From an archaeon (GTDB lineage Archaea > Thermoproteota > Nitrososphaeria > Nitrososphaerales > Gagatemarchaeaceae), in contig JAKAUC010000007.1 in assembly GCA_021827865.1 (NCBI GenBank), positions 10,981 through 74,980 of the forward strand: a DNA stretch of 64,000 nucleotides. The letters run 5' to 3'. The notes under the pieces were generated by a model that was not told the origin of the DNA, did not search any database, and saw only the letters and a program-made list of their open reading frames with translations. Both the position numbers and the translations under genes were made by a program. Shown here one piece after another: positions 41,992 to 50,998 of the stretch (within the stretch, counting starts at the first letter, position 1; the number at the start of each line of letters is the position of its first letter).

Positions 41992-43593
41992 ATGCCCAAG
42001 AAGTCCTCATCTTCCGGGAGGAAGCCCGCCCGCAAGGTCACCTATGTCACTCTCTTCGCCGACGAGAGCCTAAACCCGAAGTATGAGGCCGCCCTGAAGC
42101 GGCTCGAGGGGAGGCTGGGCCAGAGCCACCCGATGCACATAGGCGGGAAAGAGGTCTGGTCTGAGGCCGGAGAGTTCGAGGTCCGGAGCCCCATGGACAC
42201 TTCAATAGTCGTCGGCAAGTTCCAGGTCGGGACGAGGGAGCACGCGAGAGCTTCCATCGCGGCGGCGAAGAAGGGGTTCGAGGTCTGGAGCGCGAAGACG
42301 TGGCAGGACAGGGTACGCGCCTTCGACAGGTACGCGAAGCTTGTGGACGAAAGGAAGTTCGACATCGCGGCTGCGATAACCTACGAGGTGGGGAAGAACA
42401 GGCTGGAAGCGCTTGCCGAGTGCTGGGAAGCCATGGATGCGGTCAAGTTCTACGCCGGGACCATGCGAAGGGAGAAGGGATACTCCATCAGGATGGGGCC
42501 GGGGGGCCCCGGAGAGCGCAACACCGACGTCCTGAAGCCTCACGGCGTGTGGCCCATCATATCACCTTTCAACTTCCCGTTCATGCTCGCGAACGGGATG
42601 GCCATGGGTGCCCTGATGACTGGGAACTCGGTGATACTGAAGCCGACGAGCGCGGCGCCCCTCACCGGGCTGATGCTCTACCGGCTCTACATAGACTCGG
42701 GGGTCCCTGCGGGGGCGGTCAACTACGTGACAGGCCCGGGCGAGAACTTCGAGGACGAATTCGTCTCCAACCAAGACGTCGACGGGATTGCTTTCACCGG
42801 CTCGAGGGACGTCGGGATGAGGCTCTTCAGGCGCTTCCACACGGAGCAGCCTTACCCCAAGCCGATCCTCATGGAAATGGGGAGCAAGAACCCGACCATC
42901 GTCACGGCTAAGGCTGACATCCCAAAGGCGGTGGAAGGCACTGTCCGGGCCGCCTTCGGCTACGGAGGCCAAAAGTGCAGCGCGACCTCCCGCGTCTACG
43001 TCCAGAAGGAGGTGAAGGACAGGTTCCTCGCCGCGCTGAAGGAGAGGGTGGAGAAGGTGGCGGTGGGCGACCCCAGGGAAAAGGGGACGTTCATGGGGCC
43101 GGTCATCAACGCCAAGGCGGTGGATACCTTCAGGAAGGCGGTCGACGACGCGAAGCAGGCTGGGGCCCGGATGGTCACCGGGGGGAGCGTCCTGGAAGGG
43201 GGGAAGGAGCAGGCCGGCTTCTATGTCTCTCCCACCGTCGTGGCCGACCTCCCCGAGGAGAGCAGGCTCGTCAAGGACGAGCTGTTCGTACCATTCGTGG
43301 TCGTGAACGGCTTCTCCGGGCTCGACGAAGCGCTTCAAAGGGCGAATTCGACTGACTACGGCCTCACCGCCGGGATATTCACCAAGGACAAGAAGGAGAT
43401 CAAGAAGTTCTTCGACGGGATAAAGTTCGGCGTGACATACGCGAACAGGAGCGGAGGGTCGACCACGGGCGCCTGGCCGGGCGCGCAGTCGTTCACCGGC
43501 TGGAAGGCCAGCGGGGTGACGGGGAAAGGGGTGGGGAGCCCCTATTACCTGCTGACTTTCCTCAGGGACCAGTCGCAGACCGACGTCGTCTAG
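41992..43593 (+). CDS. Aldehyde dehydrogenase family, 1-pyrroline-5-carboxylate dehydrogenase-like
   Basis: ISPFNFPF, FTGSRDVG, EMGSKNP and GQKCSA are ALDH motifs. Length and C-terminus resemble RocA/PruA. Confidence 0.7.
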   Translation: MPKKSSSSGRKPARKVTYVTLFADESLNPKYEAALKRLEGRLGQSHPMHIGGKEVWSEAGEFEVRSPMDTSIVVGKFQVGTREHARASIAAAKKGFEVWSAKTWQDRVRAFDRYAKLVDERKFDIAAAITYEVGKNRLEALAECWEAMDAVKFYAGTMRREKGYSIRMGPGGPGERNTDVLKPHGVWPIISPFNFPFMLANGMAMGALMTGNSVILKPTSAAPLTGLMLYRLYIDSGVPAGAVNYVTGPGENFEDEFVSNQDVDGIAFTGSRDVGMRLFRRFHTEQPYPKPILMEMGSKNPTIVTAKADIPKAVEGTVRAAFGYGGQKCSATSRVYVQKEVKDRFLAALKERVEKVAVGDPREKGTFMGPVINAKAVDTFRKAVDDAKQAGARMVTGGSVLEGGKEQAGFYVSPTVVADLPEESRLVKDELFVPFVVVNGFSGLDEALQRANSTDYGLTAGIFTKDKKEIKKFFDGIKFGVTYANRSGGSTTGAWPGAQSFTGWKASGVTGKGVGSPYYLLTFLRDQSQTDVV

Positions 43594-43998
43594 CTAGAAC
43601 GGAAGAAGGAAGAGCGCGGCAGCCACGGTCAGGTCGATGGGCCACCACGCCGGAATCTCCATCTTACCCAACCTGAAGCTCCCCATCAGGGTAGTGGTCC
43701 AGTCCTTCTTGGAGACAGGGCTCCGCCTCCAGGCGAAGTACACGATGTCTTCGAGCACTGCAAGAAAGAACGTGTTCCCCGCCCAGGCTGTGAGCGAAGT
43801 GGAGTATGAAACGATCACGAAGAGGGGGAGGAGCAGATAGAGGTGGTAGGGGGATATCTCCCAGAAGACGGGCTTCTCAACGAAGCCCTCAGCCGTCTTC
43901 GTCCAGTCCCGCTCGTACCTGTTGACATACCTGTACTCTATCCCGGCATAGACTATTCCGAAGGCTACGACCCTGATGAAGGCCGCAGGGTCGAACAA
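43594..43998 (-). CDS. Membrane protein, unknown function, directly downstream of rps19
   Basis: 134 aa with about 4 hydrophobic segments. Its start lies 1 nt after the S19 stop. Confidence 0.5.
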   Translation of the reverse strand: MFDPAAFIRVVAFGIVYAGIEYRYVNRYERDWTKTAEGFVEKPVFWEISPYHLYLLLPLFVIVSYSTSLTAWAGNTFFLAVLEDIVYFAWRRSPVSKKDWTTTLMGSFRLGKMEIPAWWPIDLTVAAALFLLPF

Positions 43999-43999
43999 G

Positions 44000-44395
44000 T
44001 CACTTCAATGGCACGTAAAGGCTCGAGCGGCTTGCGCCAATGCCCGGCGTACCGTGGACGACCTTCTTGTTCGTGATCACATATTCCCCCAGGTACCTGC
44101 CGATCATCTCCGGCTTGACTTCGAGGGGGACAAACTCCCTTCCGTTGTGGACGGCTATGGTGAGCCCAACCATGGTCGGGAGGATAATCATGTCCCTGGC
44201 GTGGGTCTTGATCTGGCCCTGGAGCTTCCCTTCCTTGGTCGCCCTGGCGTCTTCGAGGAGCTTCCGCTTGTCTTCGGAAACCCCGCGGTTGAGAGAGCGC
44301 CTCGCCCTTGACGGCAGAAGCTCGAGCAGCGCCTCGGTCGACATCGAGTTGAGCTCCTCGATGGTCCTCCCTCTGTACCTGAACTCCTTCGGCAT
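44000..44395 (-). CDS. rps19: 30S ribosomal protein S19
   Basis: FRYRGRTIEEL...TKEGKLQGQIKTHARDMIILPTMVGLTIAVHNGREF. Confidence 0.95.
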   Translation of the reverse strand: MPKEFRYRGRTIEELNSMSTEALLELLPSRARRSLNRGVSEDKRKLLEDARATKEGKLQGQIKTHARDMIILPTMVGLTIAVHNGREFVPLEVKPEMIGRYLGEYVITNKKVVHGTPGIGASRSSLYVPLK

Positions 44396-45136
44396 CTACT
44401 TCGAGACCTCCGCGCTGGCCCTGGCCAATCTCTTCCTTCCCGTCTTCCTCGGCGCTATTAATCCTACCTTCCTTCCAGGCGGAGCGTTCCTGGAGGTGCT
44501 GGTCGACTTGCCCGGATGCTGGTGCCTGCCGCCCCCGAACGGGTGGTAGACCACCGCCATAGCAATCCCTCTCATGCGCGGGTAGACCCGCCCCGAAGCC
44601 CTCATGGCGTGGTGCCTCGCCCCGGCCGTCAGAAACGGCTTCTCCCTCCTTCCACCCCCGGCTACCTCACCGATGGTGGCCCTGCAGACATCGCTCACCA
44701 TGATGTTCTTACCGGACGGCAGCTTGATGATGGCCCTTCCGTTCGCCTTCGAGAAGAGGACGGCCGACGTCCCCGACGCCCGGACCAGCCTCCCCCCATC
44801 TCCCCTTCGAATCTCGATGTTGCATACGCGGGTCCCTTCCGGAATCCTGGAGAGCGGCATGATGTTCCCTCCGCTGACCTGTGAAGTGGGTCCCACCGTC
44901 ACCTGCTGCCCCACTGACATCCCCGCGACGGCTGGGACGTAGGTGTACCTGTTCCTGTCGAGCTTGAGCTGAGCCAGGGGCGCGCTCCTGCCCCGCTCGT
45001 CCAGAATCGCGGTCACGGTCGCCTGTCCATCGGCCCCTTCCTTCGGGTACCGGACGGGCGCGATCTTCCCTTTGATGGGCGCCCTGAACTGTATCCCTGC
45101 CTTTCCCCGCCTCCGCTGTAGTATCCTCTTGCCCAT
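44396..45136 (-). CDS. rpl2: 50S ribosomal protein L2
   Basis: GKRILQRRRGKAG...MRGIAMAVVYHPFGGG. Confidence 0.95.
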   Translation of the reverse strand: MGKRILQRRRGKAGIQFRAPIKGKIAPVRYPKEGADGQATVTAILDERGRSAPLAQLKLDRNRYTYVPAVAGMSVGQQVTVGPTSQVSGGNIMPLSRIPEGTRVCNIEIRRGDGGRLVRASGTSAVLFSKANGRAIIKLPSGKNIMVSDVCRATIGEVAGGGRREKPFLTAGARHHAMRASGRVYPRMRGIAMAVVYHPFGGGRHQHPGKSTSTSRNAPPGRKVGLIAPRKTGRKRLARASAEVSK

Positions 45137-45139
45137 CTC

Positions 45140-45406
45140 TTACACCAGCCCCATCTTGGTGGCGAGTTCCGCCGCCTTCCCCGCCTCGACCAGCCTGACG
45201 AACGCCTTCTTTCCCCTGGTCGTCCTCGAAGTGTTCACAGCGTCCACCTTGACTTCGTAGAGGGCCTGGACGGCATTGGCTATCTGCGTCTTGGTCACCC
45301 TGTCTTCTACCACGAAGCACAGCTTGTTCTCGCGCTCTATCTGGTCGAAGGTCCGCTCCGTCACATAGGGCCTCTTCAGAATCTTCTGGGCGTCCTCGAG
45401 CCTCAC
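45140..45406 (-). CDS. rpl23: 50S ribosomal protein L23
   Basis: ILKRPYVTERT...KLCFVVEDRVTKTQIANAVQALYEVKV. Confidence 0.9.
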   Translation of the reverse strand: MRLEDAQKILKRPYVTERTFDQIERENKLCFVVEDRVTKTQIANAVQALYEVKVDAVNTSRTTRGKKAFVRLVEAGKAAELATKMGLV

Positions 45407-46201
45407 CTAGGAGCCAACCCCCTTCACCTTGGAACCCAGCGCGCTGAGCGCCGACTCGGTCCAAATAGTTAGCCTTCCGGGGACCCCTCCCGGCGCAAGG
45501 TCCAACACGCTCAGGCTCTCGACCCTGGTGACTCCGACCCCCGGTATCCCACCGGCCGCCTTCCCGACTCCCCGGTCGTTGGTCACCACGATCAGTGGCC
45601 CCACGCGGGTCCTGTACGCCCTCCCCCTCAGGCGCCTCTTCCCCGAGTTGCGCTTGACATGGGAGTCTACCCTCTGGAGCTCGTCCTTCAGCTCGACCTT
45701 CTCAAGGAACGAAACCAACTCAACGGTCTTCTCCACGGTCTCGATGTCGTCGGCGACCACCATGGGGAGTGAGATCTTTGCAACCCTGTGCCCCCTGGCC
45801 TTGACCGCATCCACGTTGGCGGTAAATGCAATCGCCGAGTTGGTGGCGAGCCTGTTCTCCTTCTTGTTCACGCCGAGGTGAATGACCTTCTCAGACCTCG
45901 GCGGATGAGGCAGCCTCCCCTTCACCACGCTCGCTACCCCGGCCGCGAGCCCACTCTTCGAGTACCTCTCCCCCTTCACTCTGGGGATTCTGGACTGACC
46001 AGTGCCCGTAGGTGGGTTGTGGGTCTCCGCTGTCGTCCTTTCACCGGCCATCGGATCCCTCCCTTTCGGCTGGAGGTGGTGCGACCCCACCAGCCAGAAC
46101 ATGCGCTTCACCAGGTCAGGCCTAAGCTGCGTGGAGAACACTGCGGGGACCTCAACCTCACCCGACGTCTTCCCGTTCAGGTCGAGGACTATTGCCTTCA
46201 T
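45407..46201 (-). CDS. rpl4: 50S ribosomal protein L4
   Basis: 264 aa, ...PKGRDPMAGERTTAETHNPPTGTGQSRIPRV.... Position between L3 and L23. Confidence 0.9.
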   Translation of the reverse strand: MKAIVLDLNGKTSGEVEVPAVFSTQLRPDLVKRMFWLVGSHHLQPKGRDPMAGERTTAETHNPPTGTGQSRIPRVKGERYSKSGLAAGVASVVKGRLPHPPRSEKVIHLGVNKKENRLATNSAIAFTANVDAVKARGHRVAKISLPMVVADDIETVEKTVELVSFLEKVELKDELQRVDSHVKRNSGKRRLRGRAYRTRVGPLIVVTNDRGVGKAAGGIPGVGVTRVESLSVLDLAPGGVPGRLTIWTESALSALGSKVKGVGS

Positions 46202-47151
46202 CTGTTCCTCGCCATCGTGCTCACTTCGACCACCTGGGGTGGGTTCTGGTTCTTCGTGAATCCTCTCGCCCTCATCCTGACCATGACGAACCTGCGCGCC
46301 GGCCCGGGGACAGAGCCCCTCACCACCGCGTAGTCCCCGGCTACGTTGCCGAAGTGCTCGAATCCCCCGTTGGGCGTCACCGGCTTCGCCGACGCATTCC
46401 CGACCAACAGAATCCTCTTCCCGGTTTCAGTCCTCTGATGGAAGCCCATCTGCCCTGCCCTGGCGATGGTGTACATCACGGCAGCCGGGTGCCAGGGCCC
46501 GATCACTCCCACCGCCCTGACGCTCTTTCTGGACTTGTGCTGCTTCCTCTTGACTCCGAACCTAGTGATGGGGCCCTCGAAGCCTTTGCCCTTCGTGATG
46601 CCGAGGACGTCCACGTACATCCCGGCCTTGAACATGTCAGTGAACTTCACCTTCTTACCTATCAGGCCGAGGACGAACTCCGCCTGTCCCTTGAGATCCC
46701 CTCCGGACACCCCCACCTCCATGACGATGGGCTTCTTTTGCGACAGCCCCACGTCGCGGGGGATGGACGACACAAGCGCGGCCACCCTGCTCACGCTTTC
46801 GATGGGCAGCTTGTCGGGCGTCGTCTGGTTTGCCTGCTTGACGTCAGCGATCGCCATATCCTGGCCGTTCTCGTGCTTGTAGAGCCTCAGCCCCACCACC
46901 TGGGAGTCCGGGAGAGCCAGGACGCTGGAGATGTTGAATAGAGGCTTCCCGAAATTGGGGGTCTTGGCCCTGTCATCCACTGTAATCACGTGGGCAGTAC
47001 CTGCCTTGTAGCCAGGAAATCCCAGAAGAGTCGGCTTCTCCGACTCTACCTTGGGCCAGGTCCTTACCCTTGGTACGAGGCTCTTGGCGCGCCCTCTCGG
47101 CCTGTATGCGAGACTTCCCCGACGAGGCGCAGAATGCTTCCTATGACCCAA
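46198..47151 (-). CDS. rpl3: 50S ribosomal protein L3
   Basis: MGHRKHSAPRRGSLAYRPRGRA...GITKGKGFEGPITRFGV...AGQMGFHQRTE. Confidence 0.95.
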   Translation of the reverse strand: MGHRKHSAPRRGSLAYRPRGRAKSLVPRVRTWPKVESEKPTLLGFPGYKAGTAHVITVDDRAKTPNFGKPLFNISSVLALPDSQVVGLRLYKHENGQDMAIADVKQANQTTPDKLPIESVSRVAALVSSIPRDVGLSQKKPIVMEVGVSGGDLKGQAEFVLGLIGKKVKFTDMFKAGMYVDVLGITKGKGFEGPITRFGVKRKQHKSRKSVRAVGVIGPWHPAAVMYTIARAGQMGFHQRTETGKRILLVGNASAKPVTPNGGFEHFGNVAGDYAVVRGSVPGPARRFVMVRMRARGFTKNQNPPQVVEVSTMARNR

Positions 47152-47198
47152 ATCACGCCAAACCTTCCTTTTCCTAGGGCCCGTTTTACGGTTCGCAC

Positions 47199-48023
47199 TT
47201 AAGCTTTCCCGACTGAGACGACCCCCACGAGTCCCAAGCCTGCGGAGATTGCCTCCTCAGTCCTCACCGTCTCCACGTGCTGCTCCGGGTAGAGGTTCAC
47301 CACGAAGTCCACTTCGTCCTTCAGCTTCTGCCCGAAGATCTCGTAGAGCCCCCTGGACGGAGGGCCGAAGATCAGCTTGACCCCGTTCGCACCATTTATG
47401 GCCCGCCCGAGGGGCCCGAAGACGCTCCCCAGGGGCATTCCGAGGCGCGAGGTGGCGACCTTGACTTCGAACCTCTCGTCCTCCAACACGCCGGCGCAAG
47501 TCTTCTCTTCCACGCTGTACCCCCAATATGCCCCCGCCTCCTCCCTGGCCACCGTCGCCGCGGCAAGGGGCTTGACTGCGACGATCTTCACTGTGACGCG
47601 TCTCCCCACCGGGAACTTCCCATCCAGCCTCGCGCTGGCATCCAGTCCGAGGTCCACCGTCCCATCGTCGTTGGTCACGCCATCCCTGACGTCTCCCACG
47701 GCCACCCGGTCGAGAGGGACCCTCGCCTTATGGGATGGGATCCTGAGCGGCGGGAGGATGCCCGCGTACTTCAGAGATTCATCGAGGGGGTAGAGCCTTC
47801 GTCTCAGGTACTGGGGCGTCTCGAGATACTCGAGCACCTTGCGGACCAGCGGTCCCTCCCCTCCTCCTCTGGGGTCTCGGAATACCTCAATGACGTCCAC
47901 CCCGTATATTGCACAGGCCCTGGCAATCGTCCCCAGCTTCGCCGTCTTCTCTCTGGGCGACTCCTTCTCCTCAAGGACTGTGTCTGGGATAGAGATGGCC
48001 AGCTTCTTGCCGAGAAAGGCCAT
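47199..48023 (-). CDS. SPOUT-superfamily putative RNA methyltransferase (COG2106-like), the usual archaeal neighbour of rpl3
   Basis: LAISIPDTVLEEKESPREKTAKLGTIARACAIYGVDVIEVF. Also in the conserved position upstream of L3. Confidence 0.65.
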   Translation of the reverse strand: MAFLGKKLAISIPDTVLEEKESPREKTAKLGTIARACAIYGVDVIEVFRDPRGGGEGPLVRKVLEYLETPQYLRRRLYPLDESLKYAGILPPLRIPSHKARVPLDRVAVGDVRDGVTNDDGTVDLGLDASARLDGKFPVGRRVTVKIVAVKPLAAATVAREEAGAYWGYSVEEKTCAGVLEDERFEVKVATSRLGMPLGSVFGPLGRAINGANGVKLIFGPPSRGLYEIFGQKLKDEVDFVVNLYPEQHVETVRTEEAISAGLGLVGVVSVGKA

Positions 48024-48084
48024 GCGTCTTCGGTCGCTGCGCCGGATAATTCAGTCTTCCCCGCGCGGGTCCCATGCAAAGCAG

Positions 48085-49416
48085 ATGAACCGACGCGCTC
48101 AGGGGGGACTCATGGCGGCGGGATCAAGGCCGGGGAAGGACAGATGGCTCTACAGCACCTTCCCCGTCTCGGTGGCCACGGGCCCGCTGGGTACCATGGT
48201 GCTCCTCTACCTGATAGCACAGAACGGGCAGGCGCTGGGGACCATCTACGGCGGACTGGCGACGGCGGTCTACAACGGCATCAGCATACCCGCGGCTCTG
48301 TTCTGGGGGATCACCATCGACAGGTTGCACAAGCGGAGGGCCCTGATAGCGTTGAGCTATGCACTGACGGCCGCGGCGCTGGCGTCTTTCTTCTTCGGAG
48401 ACTCCGCTGCCGGGACGATCATGCGATACGGAATCATCTCCTTCGTCTCCTTCGCGTCGGCGACCCCTCTGAACCTCCTGATCATGGAGACGGAGCAGAA
48501 GAGTAGGTGGGCGAGCGCCTTCGCGAAACTCTCCATGGTTTCGAGCGTGGGCAACGTCGTCGGCTTGGTGGTCAGCACCCTGTGGACCGACGTCCTTCCC
48601 AGCCAGCTCGTCTTCCTCTTCGTCCCGATGGGGGCCCTGTCCCTGACTTCGTCGGTGATGGCCCTCCTGATGATCAAGGAGCCTGCCTTCGTGCTGGAGA
48701 GGGAGACCGTGGCGGCGAGGAGGCCGAGCTTCTTCTCCCGGCTCCTGGCCAACCCTGTCTTCTTCGTCGTCATCCCCTCCCTCTCCGACTTCAAGCGCGC
48801 TTTCCGCGGACTGCGTTCGACCCTGACCAGGGGCGCCCCGCTGTTCTACATCTCCACCATCCTCTTCTACGCGTCAAGCGGACTGTTCAACACTTCATTC
48901 GTCCCCGCCATGCACCTCTTCTCGCTCCCCGACCAAGACGTCTTCGCCGTCGTCCTGGTGGGGATGGCCGTCCAGACCCTGGCTTTCAGAGTGTCCGGGC
49001 GTTATGTGAGCACTCGGAGCCTCGTGACATCTTCGGTCCAAGGGCTCGTCCTCAGAGGATGGATGTATCTGGGGCTTGGAGTGGCCGCACTGCTGCTTAC
49101 TGGCCCCTTGTTTCTGATACCTGCCCTCATCCTATACCCTGTGGCCGGCGGGGTGGCCTTCGCCGTGTATTACACGTCGGCGAACACCATGATGTTCACA
49201 TCGGTGCAGAGCAGGTCGGCGGGCGCTGCCCTGGGGGTCTACTCCGCGGTGGTGGGGATCGCCTCCATGGCCGGTTCCTTCGCCTCAGGCTTCGTCTCCG
49301 TGTACGACGGGTACTATACGACGTTCATACTGGCGGCGTTGCTGCTCTTCGCAGCCGTAGGGGTCGTAGGGCGCCTCCCGACACCCTCGAGCCCTGACGA
49401 GAGCGCCCTCCAGTGA
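48085..49416 (+). CDS. MFS-type transporter
   Basis: About 12 hydrophobic segments. The ATG at 48085 (or 48112) is preferred because the track extension to 47839 is antisense to the SPOUT gene. Confidence 0.7.
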   Translation: MNRRAQGGLMAAGSRPGKDRWLYSTFPVSVATGPLGTMVLLYLIAQNGQALGTIYGGLATAVYNGISIPAALFWGITIDRLHKRRALIALSYALTAAALASFFFGDSAAGTIMRYGIISFVSFASATPLNLLIMETEQKSRWASAFAKLSMVSSVGNVVGLVVSTLWTDVLPSQLVFLFVPMGALSLTSSVMALLMIKEPAFVLERETVAARRPSFFSRLLANPVFFVVIPSLSDFKRAFRGLRSTLTRGAPLFYISTILFYASSGLFNTSFVPAMHLFSLPDQDVFAVVLVGMAVQTLAFRVSGRYVSTRSLVTSSVQGLVLRGWMYLGLGVAALLLTGPLFLIPALILYPVAGGVAFAVYYTSANTMMFTSVQSRSAGAALGVYSAVVGIASMAGSFASGFVSVYDGYYTTFILAALLLFAAVGVVGRLPTPSSPDESALQ

Positions 49417-49472
49417 CCCCCGGTCGCAGACCCGACCCGGCGCCGGCCGACACAAACCTTAAGTTAGCCATC

Positions 49473-49489
49473 ACCTAACCACGTTAGGT
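49473..49489. promoter_or_regulatory. Palindrome ACCTAAC-CAC-GTTAGGT upstream of the DtxR-like regulator gene (putative operator)
   Basis: Read directly. Flanking TTAGCC and TCTAA elements give a DtxR/IdeR-box-like region. Confidence 0.5.
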
Positions 49490-49499
49490 AGAATCTAAG

Positions 49500-49916
49500 A
49501 TGAGCCCAGGACTCAGCAGGAGAGAGTTGGACTGCGTCGAGGCGGTGTACTCCCTCTCTTCGAACGGCTGGCCGGCAAGGGTGAAGGACGTCGCTGGCAG
49601 GATGAGGGTGACCCCGCCGACTGCCGTCCAGTTCTTGGCAAAGCTGATCGACACGGACCTGGTCGAGAAGGGGCCGAGCGGGTACAAGCTCACGAAGAGC
49701 GGCGTCGAGTGCCTCAACGGGGCGACCAGGACACACAGGATCTTCGAGACCCTGCTGGTGAGGAACGGCTTCCCCCTGGAGGACGCTTGCAAAGTCTCAT
49801 CTTCGCTCACCGGCACGATAGACGAAACCGCCCTGGAGAAGCTTTGCTCTCATATGAGCCACCCTGACAAGTGCCCTCACGGAATGCCAATCCCCGGAGG
49901 CGCCAAGCATGTTTGA
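49500..49916 (+). CDS. DtxR-family metal-dependent regulator (short form)
   Basis: LDCVEAVYSLS...ARVKDVAGRMRVTPPTAVQFLAKL...LVEKGPSGYKLTKSG...THRIFE...CPHG. Confidence 0.75.
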   Translation: MSPGLSRRELDCVEAVYSLSSNGWPARVKDVAGRMRVTPPTAVQFLAKLIDTDLVEKGPSGYKLTKSGVECLNGATRTHRIFETLLVRNGFPLEDACKVSSSLTGTIDETALEKLCSHMSHPDKCPHGMPIPGGAKHV

Positions 49917-50820
49917 CCTGAACGCCCTCCTGCACCCCGCCTCAGGCCTCGCCGTCCCTGTTGTCCTGGGGATCGCCCTGATCCTTGGGATGCTCCACGG
50001 GCTGACGCCCGACGAGCACACTTGGCCGATTACGTTCAGCTACTCCGTGGGCAGCTACAGCACCAGGGGCGGCATGCGGGCGGGGTTCATGTTCTCCGGA
50101 GGGTTCACTGTCCAACGGACCATACTGGCAGCTCTCGGCTTCGCCGGCCTCGCCGCGGTCTACGAGACTTACAACCTCGACGGGTACGTCTACGTGCTGG
50201 TAGGCATAGGCATGCTCCTCGCGGGGTACTACCTCCTGAGGGGCACGGACGTGCACCTCCCTCTGGACAGGCTTCTGGGCGGCAAGGAGCACCACACGAC
50301 CAAGGCGGAGCGGCTCCCCATGCACGAGTCCGAGGAGACAGCCAAGCCTGTGCCGCTGAAGATGGCCACCGCTCACGGTTTCATCGCCGGCTGGGGGATA
50401 GGAGCCTATGCTAGCATAATCGTGTTCATACTCGCGCCACAGATGCCCAACATATTCTACGCCGCCCTGGTCGGCACCTTCTTCGGGATAGGGACCATGT
50501 TCATGCAGATAATCATCGGTTCAATCTTCGCCAACATAATGAGGGTCAAGAAGCTCACTGTCGAGCAGATAAAATACATCGGCAGGTCTGCGGCCGCAAG
50601 AACCCTCTACCTTGGCGGTCTCGCGTTCGCTGCCATCGGCGCGCTGATAGTGGCCTTCCCTTTCATTGATACCATGGCCGTAGGCACGGGTAACCCCATA
50701 CCCAACCTGTCCTCCGTCGGCATCTCTTCAGTACTGGTCCTCCTCACGGTGGGGGTGATCGGATTCGGGAACCTCTACCTTGGGTACAAAGAAATCACGA
50801 GCCCTTCTCGCGCTGGGTAA
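49909..50820 (+). CDS. Polytopic membrane protein, putative metal transporter (NicO/UreH-like)
   Basis: LHGLTPDEHTWPI resembles the H-x3-P-x-H metal motif of Ni/Co transporters. The gene is coupled to the DtxR-like gene by an 8-nt overlap. Confidence 0.45.
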   Translation: MFDLNALLHPASGLAVPVVLGIALILGMLHGLTPDEHTWPITFSYSVGSYSTRGGMRAGFMFSGGFTVQRTILAALGFAGLAAVYETYNLDGYVYVLVGIGMLLAGYYLLRGTDVHLPLDRLLGGKEHHTTKAERLPMHESEETAKPVPLKMATAHGFIAGWGIGAYASIIVFILAPQMPNIFYAALVGTFFGIGTMFMQIIIGSIFANIMRVKKLTVEQIKYIGRSAAARTLYLGGLAFAAIGALIVAFPFIDTMAVGTGNPIPNLSSVGISSVLVLLTVGVIGFGNLYLGYKEITSPSRAG

Positions 50821-50829
50821 GCACAAAAG

Positions 50830-50932
50830 TGGACCGGGGGGGATTCGGACCCCCGACCTCTCCCAGTCTGGATTTCTTTGCCAAGGGACTGGACGGAGCG
50901 ACCTGTATCCTACCAGACTAGACGACCGGCCC
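50830..50932 (-). tRNA. tRNA-Ala(GGC) with two introns (16 nt at 27/28, about 50889-50904; 13 nt next to the anticodon loop, about 50865-50877)
   Basis: Hand fold. Acceptor GGGCCGG/CCGGTCC with G3:U70 and A73. D arm GTCT-AGTCTGGTA-GGAT. After removing 16+13 nt the anticodon arm is CTCCC-TTGGCAA-GGGAG. Variable loop AGGTC. T arm GGGGG-TCCGAAT-CCCCC. Mature length 74 nt. Confidence 0.6.
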
Positions 50933-50998
50933 TCAATTCCGGGCCTGGGAGCGCGCCGTTAAAAGAGTTGGAGGCGCTGAGGGGAAGAGCCGCTTGGT

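Noticed and set aside
47277-48506. 409-aa plus-strand ORF across the SPOUT gene and the MFS gene start
   Set aside because: It is antisense to or out of frame with two well-supported genes, and it is a low-complexity Arg/Gly/Pro-rich shadow ORF.
50830-50932. Alternative readings of this tRNA as Trp (AUCCAGA), Pro (CUUGGCA) or Val (the same 5' 16 nt as tRNA-Val)
   Set aside because: The Trp and Pro readings give a pyrimidine at position 37 or an over-long variable region. No Val anticodon lies in a usable loop context. The G3:U70 + A73 identity set and a perfect 5-bp stem are obtained only with the Ala(GGC) solution.
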